Below are positions 21,101 through 33,100 of a stretch of 64,000 bases of DNA, in pieces. Where the stretch lies: NCBI GenBank assembly GCA_002269645.1, contig NIVC01000996.1, forward strand, positions 186,001 to 250,000. Reading direction: 5' to 3'. Origin of the DNA: Macrostomum lignano (taxonomy: Eukaryota). Below the pieces are notes generated by a model. The model was not told the origin of the DNA and searched no databases. It worked only from the letters and a program-made list of their open reading frames with translations. Made by a program: the position numbers and the translations under genes. Every line of letters begins with the position of its first letter. The first letter of the stretch is position 1.

Positions 21101-24100
21101 AAGGAGTCTGAGGGAGTGATGGAGCGGATGGGCAGATTCTCCAAGGAGTCTGAGGGAGTGATGGAGCGGAGAGGCAGATTCTCAAAGTGTCTGAGGGAGT
21201 GATGGAGTTGAGAGGCTGATTCTCAAGGATTCTGAGGGAGTGATGGAGCGGAGAGGCAGATTCTCAAGGAGTCTGAGGGAGTGATGGAGCGGATAGGCAG
21301 ATTCTCAAGGAGTCTGATGGAGTGATGGAGCGGAGAGGCAGATTCTCAAGGAGTCTGAGGCAGTGATGGAGCGGAGAGGCAGATTCTCAAGGAGTCTGAG
21401 GGAGTGATGGAGCGGAGAGGCAGATTCTCAAGGAGTCTGAGGGAGTGATAGAGCGGAGAGGCAGATTCTCAAAGTGTCTGAGGGAGTGATGGAGTTGAGA
21501 GGCAGATTCTCAAGGATTCTGAGGGAGTGATGGAGCGGATAGGCTGATTCTCCTCGGAGTCTGAGGGAGTGATGGAGCGGAGAGGCAGATTCTCAAGGAG
21601 TCTGAGGGAGTGATGGAGCGGATAGGCAGATTCTCCAAGGAGTCTGAGGGAGTGATGGAGCGGAGAGGCAGATCCTTCAAGGAGTCTGAGGGAGTGATGG
21701 AGCGGATAGGCAGATTCTCCAAGGAGTCTGAGGGAGTGATGGAGCGGATAGGCTGATTCTCCTCGGAGTCTGAGGGAGTGATGGAGCGGAGAGGCAGATT
21801 CTCCAAGGAGTCTGAGGGAGTGATGGAGCGGAGAGGCAGATTCTCAAGGAGTCTGAGGGAGTGATGAAGCGGAGAGGCAGATCCTTCAAGGAGTCTGAGG
21901 GAGTGATGGAGCGGATAGGCTGATTCTCCTCGGAGTCTGAGGGAGTGATGGAGCGGAGAGGCTGATTCTCCTCGGAGTCTGAGGGAGTGATGGAGCGGAG
22001 AGGCAGATTCTCCAAGGAGTCTGAGGGAGTGATGGAGCGGATAGGCAGATTCTCCAAGGAGTCTGAGGGAGTGATGGAGCGGAGAGGCAGATTCTCCAAG
22101 GAGTCTGAGGGAGTGATGGAGCGGATAGGCAGATTCTCCAAGGAGTCTGATGGAGTGATGGAGCGGAGAGGCAGATTCTCCAAGGAGTCTGATGGAGTGA
22201 TGGAGCGGAGAGGCAGATTCTCCAATGAGTCTGATGGAGTGATGGAGCGGAGAGGCAGATTCTCATAGAACAGAGATCCGCAGAGGCTCACCAAAGCCAA
22301 TTTTCGCTGATCAACAAAGAACCCATGGTTCGAAGGGAGTGTCCACAGCAGCCAGACAGCCTGCAGGCACAGAAGCCACAGACCAGCAACGGAAACGTGA
22401 GGAAAAATTTCTCGCTCCTCAGCGCCAGCTAGACGATGCGTTGCTAGGAGCAAGCAGCGGGTAGCAACAGTTGCTAAGTGAACAGATTTAACATTCGTAG
22501 GCAGCTTGGATTCCGGCAGTCTTGAAAAATTGAAGATTTGATGAACAATTATTATGATGCGCGAGGTGCTTTATAAATAATATCAATAAAAGAATATTAT
22601 TGGTATGAGTTGCGGGCTGAGGGAGGGTAGTCAGACATGCACATCCCAGTTGAAAACGTTATCGTGACAAGAATCGTTAAAGAGTCATTGCAAACAATGA
22701 ACTATTGTTTAATATTTCTACTATTTTTAAGGCTATTTATAACCCCCTATTTACAAGCCCCAAATGATTATAGACGCGCATTAACCCCGAGGAGGTTCGT
22801 GGCGGGGGAGAGTCAGACGCATTTACTCCTGAGAACAAAAGTACATAGATAATTAAATTTTACAACTTACTTTAATAGAGCCGCATTGACCAAACACGAA
22901 AATAGCAATACGACTTGATAAGGCGAATAGCCCAACAGATAGAAATTCCATTCGCAGTAGAAAAATGCTGCAATTAACAAAAAATAACAAAAAGCGCGTA
23001 TCAATATTTCGAACTACTAACAGTAGACAAAAGTAAACAAACTGCTAAATATTCTACAAAAGGCAACTAACCAATTAAAAATGCAGAAAATGCCACGGCA
23101 AACAGGTAGCCACTTTTTAGAGACGAACTTCGTCCAAAGGACGATCGGTCCCTCTTTGACAGCAGAAGAAACAGCAACGGAGCCAAGGCTGTAGCAAATA
23201 GAATGCTGGCAAATTGCCGCTGAGTTAAAGTTGGATCCCACATTGAATACCTGCGGAGAATGCAAGATTAAGCTACGTTACAAGCTATTTGTTGTTGTTA
23301 AACGAGGGTGGGTAGCCAGGGGCTCCCGCGGATCAGCCCAGGGAAGGGCTCTGCCGCTGAATATAAGGGGGCACATCTACCAGGGTCACAGCCCGAGCAG
23401 CCCAGATTGGGACCTGACTTCATGGCCAGAGAGAGAAAACTAATTGGGGCTACTAGCTCAAGCCTATGGACTAAGACACCGCTGACCAACAGTGGAATCA
23501 GGGACGGTGCTAGGACCGAGTCCACTCAGGCAGGCCACCCACCCAGCAGACAAATCCCGGGGCCGGGAGTGCGCGAAAAAAGATTGGAAAATTTTCGAAA
23601 CACTACTGAAAGCGGTCCGATAGCGGGGAGACCCGAAGTCTACGGAAATGGCTCAATTTTGGAGCGAATCTGGGCAGCTTATTACCAAGGGCGAGACTCC
23701 TATCAGGTATGCATTTGGTCCGAGAGAGGAATTATCCTAGTCCACGGAAAGGGGCCAGGCCAAGGGTTCGGAGAGGGGCACAAGGAGCAAGAGGAACCCG
23801 GACTCAGCCGGTATTCCCCAATTCGGGACGAACTCATTCCCCAGGACTCCAATCCACTGTCAGCGATAATAAGCAGGGAGACAACCAGCGGAGCCAGCAG
23901 ATGGACCAAGACAAAGCAAGATAGACCAGGCAGGGAGGGCAGAGCTCATAACTCCAGAACATTGGATGGCTACAAAGCCGGGGATAAAACACAAAGCTAA
24001 AAGTACAAGGGGATAAAACAAAAATGGGAGGAGCACCTGAACCCTAAACCTGGGGCTCAGCCTCAGGGCTGGCATCAACTAGGCTCTACCGTACACTTTT

Positions 24101-27100
24101 GTGAATGGTCGTCTGGGCTCTACCGTACACTTTTGTGAATGGCCGTCTGGGCTCTACCGTACACTTTGTGAATGGTCGTCTGGGCTCTACCGTACACTTT
24201 TGTGAATGGTCGTCTGGGCTCTACCGTACACTTTTGTGAATGGTCGTCTGGGCTCTACCGTACACTTTTGTGAAAGGTCGTCTTTCCTGCAGGGCGGGTG
24301 CGACCGGGGGGGGGGCTCAAGTCCCGTTCTAGCCACACTTGCAGTCCAGAATTCCAACTCTTTCATTCCAACAACTCACGTTACAAGCTATTTACAGTAG
24401 GATGAATGCATATTGTGCCGCGACTGACAAAAAGAACATTTATAATTGACTTTTTTTAATGAATTTTTTCGCGTTGCCGCCTCCCTCAAGAAATGCCCAC
24501 AAACCCTCCTCCCACCCTTAAAGCAACCAAATTGATTTCTGTTGACTATTTATGTTGCATCTTGAGCTGTAGGAAAACTTCAAATGCGCCGCGCAATAGC
24601 TGCGGCTGAGCTGTCGGTTGCAAATCTATCTATTAAGGCAGGTGTAATCAATTACTAATATTATCATCTGTTTGCTAAGTTCTGCGTCTGTCATATCCAT
24701 ATCTATCTAATGAAGCCTAGTTTCTATGGTGGATAGATACAACTGTAGAAAGAATTAATCGTGCGCCTAAATCTTCAAATTGACTGTTCCACAGTCCCCA
24801 TTGCTGGCTAATAAGCAGCTTTGCTGACCATTCGGCAGACAGTTGAAATCACAACAACATTTTTCTAATTTACATTAAAATAAACATAACTATCTACTTA
24901 TCTATCTAACTTAATCTAACTATCTTGACTAAATCTAACTATCTACAGCCCCCGATACTTTTATGTAAAAAATACAAAAATGTACATGACTCAAACTTTA
25001 GGCTTACTGAATCTTCCAGGGAAACAGAAACACCTGAGCAGCGAAGGCCAGAGCGCCGATGATGCCGCAGAGCCAGCCAGCCAGCCGGCTAAACAGACCG
25101 ATCGAACCGCCGGCTTCCCTGCCTAGCAACACGGCAGACACAGCAGCCAGAGCAGCCGGAGGCCCCGTATAAAAGTGCAGCCTCATACCGTGAGCCTGCA
25201 TTGCCGGGGTCAGCAGAAGGGCAGCCGATATCAGACTTACATCGCGAATGAGTCCGCCAGGATCTCTAATCGATGCGGGCAGAGCAACGGCCGCTTCGTC
25301 AACTAGAGATGAGTTAACAGTTAGTGTAATAAAACATAATGTTGTTTATGCAGTTTCCCTGCCCTGATATTTCATATTTTTGAAAAGATTAACCCTAATC
25401 CTAATCCTAAACTTATGAAGATATGAAGTGTCGGAGATATGAAGTGTCGGAGATATGAAGTGTCGGAGATATTAAGTGTCGAAGATATGAAGTGTCGAAG
25501 ATATGAAGTGTCGTAGATATGAAGTGTCGGAGATATGAAGTGTCGGAGATATGAAGTGTCGAAGATATGAAGTGTCGAAGATATGAAGTGTCGTAGATAT
25601 GAAGTGTCGGAGATATGAAGTGTCGGAGATATGAAGTGTCGGAGATATGAAGCGTCGGAGATATGAAGTGTCGGAGATATGAAGTGTCGGAGATATAAAC
25701 TGTCGGAGATATGAAGTGTCGGTGATATGAAGTGTCGGAGATATGAAGTGTCGCAGATATGAAGTGTCGGGGATATGAAGTGTCGGGGATATGAAGTGTC
25801 GGGGATATGAAGTGTCGGAGATGTGAAGTGTCGGATAGATGAAGTGTCGGAGATATGAAATGTCGGAGATAAGAAGTGTCGGAAATATACGGAGATATAA
25901 AGTCGAAGGAATTCTTATATTGCTAGAAAAGCCAAAGTTTTATACTCAAATTATCAAAATCCTGTCCTTAAAAATCTACATTGAAAATCTTTTGGTTGAT
26001 AAAATTAAAACGTTTAAAAAGGTAAAATCTGTAACTCACTATAGTGTTTAATCAGCTGTTGAAGTCCTAAAAAGTTGGATGCCAGTCCGCAGAGGCTGAT
26101 TAAAAAGAATAGTTCCAACTGAAAATATTTTAAAATAATTAAAATATGAGGTAGATCACAAACAATGCTGTTTATAGAGTGGAGGATAGACAGGGGAATT
26201 CAATGTACACCCGAGTCTATAGAGTAGAGGATAAACAAGGGGATCAAATGTACACCCGAGTCTATAGAGTAGGGGATAAACAAGGGGAATCAAATGTACA
26301 CCCGAGTCTATAGAGTAGGGGATAAACAAGGGGAATCAAATGTACACCCGAGTCTATAGAGTAGAGGATAAACAAGGGGAATCAAATGTACACCCGAGTC
26401 TATAGAGTAGGGGATAAACAAGGGGAATCAAATGTACACCCGAGTCTATAGAGTAGGGGATAAACAAGGGGAATCAAATGTACACCCGAGTCTATAGAGT
26501 AGGGGATAAACAAGGGGAATCAAATGTACACCCGAGTCTATAGAGTAGGGGATAAACAAGGGGAATTCAATGTACACCCGAGTCTATAGAGTGGAGGATA
26601 GACAGGGAGAATCCGATGTACACTCTGAGTATGTAGAGTGGGGTATAGACAGGGGGAATCCAATGTACACTCTGAGTATGTAGAGTGGGGTATAGACAGG
26701 GAGAATCCTATGTACACCCGAGTCTGTAGAGTAGAGGGTAGACAGGGAGAATCCAATGTACACTCTAGTATGTAGAGTGGAGTATAGACAGGGGATTCTC
26801 CCTGTCTATCCCATGTACATTAAATAAACAAATGAAATGAAAAACACGATGCGCATACCAGTTTATCCCCATCAAGCAGAGACATTAGAGAGGCGCTCAT
26901 GACGGCGTGTTTAACAAGAAAAACGAACACGGTGGCAACGAAAACGATAGCAACAATGATGCAGTGAACTTCGGCAGCATACTTGGACTCTTTAGTGTTC
27001 CGAATCTCGGGGTCGGTGATGTAAACACGGTACTGAACGAAACTGGAGTGTTTTTGTTAGATACATGATTTTTAAACAATGGAACTACTAAGTTATAAAA

Positions 27101-30100
27101 TAATTACCTAGCAAAATTACCTGATACAAAGTATATAATAAGGCAGATATTCAATTCCGTATATGGTAGTTAGGAACCAACTGCAGATACCGGTTGCTAA
27201 GCCAGGCAGCAAGCAGTAGCCAAATATCCTCAGACCCTCCTGGGGGAAATTAACAACTTGCAAATATTAATGGAAAGCACTAATTTCTATTAATAGAAAT
27301 TTGACATAAAAACTCACATCAAACAATACTCCTGGACCAATTAATGCTTGCAAATCAACAGACTCGTCAAGTATAACCCACATGACTGACACGACGACAA
27401 AGAAGTGGAAACAGATGAACAATAGAATGTAGAACAATGACTGCCTGTGAGGATAGAAAAAATATACTACTTTGAGTAAGTTATAAAACCGCTGAAAATT
27501 ATTGTAATCATAATCATGTAAAAGCTAATTACTCAAATATCAGTGATCAATTCAGTCACTGACTCACTGCTAAACTAATCAATCTGAATCAGTGACTATT
27601 TGATCAATTCAGTCACTGACTCACTGCTAAACTAATCAATCTGAATCAGTGACTATTTGATCAATTCAGTCACTAACTCACTGCTAAACTAATCAATCTG
27701 AATCAGTGACTATTTGATCAATTCAGTCACTGACTCACTGCTAAACTAATCAATCTGAATCAGTGACTATTTGATCAATTTAGTCACTGACTCACTGCTA
27801 AACTAATCAATCTGAATCAGTGACTATTTGATCAATTTAGTCACTGACTCACTGCTAAACTAATCAATCTGAATCAGTGACTATTTGATCAATTCAGTCA
27901 CTGACTCACTGCTAAACTAATCAATCTGAATCAGTGAATATTTGATCAATTCAGTCACTGACTCACTGCTAAACTAATCAATCTGAATCAGTGACTATTT
28001 GATCAATTCAGTCACTGACTCACTGCTCAACTAATCAATCTGAATCAGTGACTATTTGATCAATTCAGTCACTGACACTGACTCACTGCTAAACTAATCA
28101 ATCTGAATCAGTGACTATTTGATCAATTCAGTCACTGACTCACTGCTAAACTAATCAATCTGAATCAGTGACTATTTGATCAATTCAGTCACTGACTCAC
28201 TGCTAAACTAATCAATCTGAATCAGTGACTATTTGATCAATTCAGTCACTGACTCACTGCTAAACTAATCAATCTGAATCAGTGACTATTTGATCAATTC
28301 AGTCACTGACTCACTGCTAAACTAATCAATCTGAATCAGTGACTATTTGATCAATTCAGTCACTGACTCACTGCTAAACTAATCAATCTGAATCAGTGAC
28401 TATTTGATCAATTCAGTCACTGACTCACTGCTAAACTAATCAATCTGAATCAGTGACTACTTGATCAATTCAGTCACTGACTCACTGCTAAACTAATCAA
28501 TCTGAATCAGTGACTATTTTATCAATTCAGTCACTGACTCACTGCTAAACTAATCAATCTGAATCAGTGACTATTTGATCAATTCAGTCACTGACTCACT
28601 GCTAAACTAATCAATCTGAATCAGTGACTATTTGATCAATTCAGTCACTGACTCACTGCTAAACTAATTAATCTGAATCAGTGACTATTTGATCAATTCA
28701 GTCACTGACTCACTGCTAAACTAATCAATCTGAATCAGTGACTATTTGATCAATTCAGTCACTGACTCACTGCTAAACTAATCAATCTGAATCAGTGACT
28801 ATTTGATCAATTTAGTCACTGACTCACTGCTCAACTAATCAATCTGAATCAGTGACTATTTGATCAATTCAGTCACTGACTCACTGCTAAACTAATCAAT
28901 CTGAATCAGTGACTATTTGATCAATTTAGTCACTGACTCACTGCTAAACTAATCAATCTGAATCAGTGACTATTTGATCAATTCAGTCACTGACTCACTG
29001 CTAAACTAATCAATCTGAATCAGTGACTATTTGATCAATTTAGTCACTGACTCACTGCTAAACTAATCAATCTGAATCAGTGACTATTTGATCAATTCAG
29101 TCACTGACTCACTGCTAAACTAATCAATCTGAATCAGTGACTATTTGATCAATTCAGTCACTGACTCACTGCTAAACTAATCAATCTGAATCAGTGACTA
29201 TTTGATCAATTTAGTCACTGACTCACTGCTAAACTAATCAATCTGAATCAGTGACTATTTGATCAATTCAGTCACTGACTCACTGCTAAACTAATCAATC
29301 TGAATCAGTGACTATTTGATCAATTCAGTCACTGACTCACTGCTAAACTAATTAATCTGAATCAGTGACTATTTGATCAATTCAGTCACTGACTCACTGC
29401 TAAACTAATTAATCTGAATCAGTGACTATTTGATCAATTCAGTCACTGACTCACTGCTAAACTAATCAATCTGAATCAGTGACTATTTGATCAATTCAGC
29501 AGTGTTGGGCAAGTTACTCAAAAAAAGTAACTTGCGTTACTGTAACTTAAGTTACCACTTTTTAAAAAGTAACTTACGTTAGCCTAGTAACTTTGAACAA
29601 AAACCCGGTAACTTTTAAGTTACTTCCGTTACTTACTTCCGTTACCTATGTTATTAACAAAATTTTCTGCTTTTTTTAACATTGCAAATGTGATGGAACA
29701 GCACAAATGATCGCGAAAGCCAGGAGGAAGAATACAACAACATTAATTTCAGTAACTGTATTAAATTTTAATCACTTTAGGCCCTTTCCGTAAAAAGAAG
29801 AGAAGCTGAAGGTCAGAAACGTTAAAGGCAAAACGCAATTTAATTTTTAATAACATTATAAGTTATAATACACAAGGACAACTTAACGTAACTTCAGTTG
29901 TCCTTGATAATACATCGCTCGTAATAAGTATCTGGCTTTACTCCACTCTACAGTCTGCTTTACTAGTATTTTTATTTATTTTCAATTATTATCATTAATA
30001 TTAAATTATTGTGCAGTGCAGTGCAGTGCCAGTGGACTTTAGTGGTGTAGCCAGGGAGGCCGCCTTAACAATCGTTGGGGCGGCAACTTCACCCCACCTG

Positions 30101-33100
30101 CAAGACACCCCACCTGGGGGGTGGGGTTGGGCGTGGCGGGTACCAAAAACCATGAGGCGATTTGAGTGCCTGCGGCGCTTAAATGAGTGCCTGCGGCGCT
30201 TAAATAAGTGCTTGCGGCGCTAAAATGAGTGCCTGCGGCGCTAAAAGTGGCAATAACATGAGGCATGGCCAGCCAGGCCAACCCGCCCCCCCCCAATTAA
30301 AATTCCTGGCTACGTCGATCACTGAGTGGATTTGTGGAGACTACAGATGAATTTCTTTCTTTGGTTGTTTGTTTCTAAGAACTAAACAAAATATTTTTAT
30401 TAACTTAAAAACGAAAAGCAAAAATATTTTACCGAAAATAACAAAGTAAAAACATGTTTCAAGTATTTCTTTATTAATTACAGCGTAATACCGTATGATA
30501 TTATTCACTTAGTTTTGAATTTAGGAATGAAAAATGCTAAAAATGTGACAACTGGCGTAATAGCTAAGCATATCAGTTTTAAATTTAAATATTGCGATTG
30601 TTGCAAAGTAACTGTAACGGACTTCCGAAATTTGAGTAACTTACCGTTACTCCGTTACCAAAATAGGAAAGTAACTTGCGTAAGGAACGCTTTACGAAAA
30701 AGTAACTTGCGTTACCATTTACAAGTTACTCGGTAACGGAAGTGCCCAACACTGCAATTCAGTCACTGACTCACTGCTAAACTAATCAATCTGAATCAGT
30801 GACTATTTGATCAATTTAGTCACTGACTCACTGCTCAACTAATCAATCTGAATCAGTGACTATTTGATCAATTCAGTCACTGACTCACTGCTAAACTAAT
30901 CAATCTGAATCAGTGACTATTTGATCAATTTAGTCACTGACTCACTGCTAAACTAATCAATCTGAATCAGTGACTATTTGATCAATTCAGTCACTGACTC
31001 ACTGCTAAACTAATCAATCTGAATCAGTGACTATTTGATCAATTCAGTCACTGACTCACTGCTCAACTAATCAATCTGAATCAGTGACTATTTGATCAAT
31101 TTAGTCACTGACTCACTGCTAAACTAATCAATCTGAATCAGTGACTATTTGATCAATTCAGTCACTGACTCACTGCTAAACTAATCAATCTGAATCAGTG
31201 ACTATTTGATCAATTCAGTCACTGACTCACTGATAAACTAATCAATCTGAATCAGTGACTATTTGATCAATTCAGTCACTGACTCACTGCTAAACTAATC
31301 AATCTGAATCAGTGACTATTTGATCAATTTAGTCACTGACTCACTGCTCAACTAATCAATCTGAATCAGTGACTATTTGATCAATTCAGTCACTGACTCA
31401 CTGCTAAACTAATCAATCTGAATCAGTGACTATTTGATCAATTCAGTCACTGACTCACTGCTAAACTAATTAATCTGAATCAGTGACTATTTGATCAATT
31501 CAGTCACTGACTCACTGCTAAACTAATTAATCTGAATCAGTGACTATTTGATCAATTCAGTCACTGACTCACTGCTAAACTAATCAATCTGAATCAGTGA
31601 CTATTTGATCAATTCAGTCACTGACTCACTGCTAAACTAATCAATCTGAATCAGTGACTATTTGATCAATTTAGTCACTGACTCACTGCTCAACTAATCA
31701 ATCTGAATCAGTGACTATTTGATCAATTCAGTCACTGACTCACTGCTAAACTAATCAATCTGAATCAGTGACTATTTGATCAATTCAGTCACTGACTCAC
31801 TGCTAAACTAATTAATCTGAATCAGTGACTATTTGATCAATTCAGTCACTGACTCACTGCTAAACTAATTAATCTGAATCAGTGACTATTTGATCAATTC
31901 AGTCACTGACTCACTGCTAAACTAATCAATCTGAATCAGTGACTATTTGATCAATTCAGTCACTGACTCACTGCTAAACTAATCAATCTGAATCAGTGAC
32001 TATTTGATCAATTTAGTCACTGACTCACTGCTCAACTAATCAATCTGAATCAGTGACTATTTGATCAATTCAGTCACTGACTCACTGCTAAACTAATCAA
32101 TCTGAATCAGTGACTATTTGATCAATTTAGTCACTGACTCACTGCTAAACTAATCAATCTGAATCAGTGACTATTTGATCAATTCAGTCACTGACTCACT
32201 GCTAAACTAATCAATCTGAATCAGTGACTATTTGATCAATTCAGTCACTGACTCACTGCTCAACTAATCAATCTGAATCAGTGACTATTTGATCAATTTA
32301 GTCACTGACTCACTGCTAAACTAATCAATCTGAATCAGTGACTATTTGATCAATTCAGTCACTGACTCACTGCTAAACTAATCAATCTGAATCAGTGACT
32401 ATTTGATCAATTCAGTCACTGACTCACTGATAAACTAATCAATCTGAATCAGTGACTATTTGATCAATTCAGTCACTGACTCACTGCTAAACTAATCAAT
32501 CTGAATCAGTGACTATTTGATCAATTTAGTCACTGACTCACTGCTCAACTAATCAATCTGAATCAGTGACTATTTGATCAATTCAGTCACTGACTCACTG
32601 CTAAACTAATCAATCTGAATCAGTGACTATTTGATCAATTCAGTCACTGACTCACTGCTAAACTAATTAATCTGAATCAGTGACTATTTGATCAATTCAG
32701 TCACTGACTCACTGCTAAACTAATTAATCTGAATCAGTGACTATTTGATCAATTCAGTCACTGACTCACTGCTAAACTAATCAATCTGAATCAGTGACTA
32801 TTTGATCAATTCAGTCACTGACTCACTGCTAAACTAATCAATCTGAATCAGTGACTATTTGATCAATTTAGTCACTGACTCACTGCTCAACTAATCAATC
32901 TGAATCAGTGACTATTTGATCAATTCAGTCACTGACTCACTGCTAAACTAATCAATCTGAATCAGTGACTATTTGATCAATTTAGTCACTGACTCACTGC
33001 TAAACTAATCAATCTGAATCAGTGACTATTTGATCAATTCAGTCACTGACTCACTGCTAAACTAATCAATCTGAATCAGTGACTATTTGATCAATTCAGT

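Noticed and set aside
23308-24000. 230-aa ORF as a gene or transposon protein
   Set aside because: It lies inside a TSD-flanked insertion, antisense to its tail, and has no recognisable motif.
25388-25412. Telomeric repeat seed (AACCCTAATCCTAATCCTAA)
   Set aside because: Only one exact TTAGGG unit and two degenerate ones; too short.
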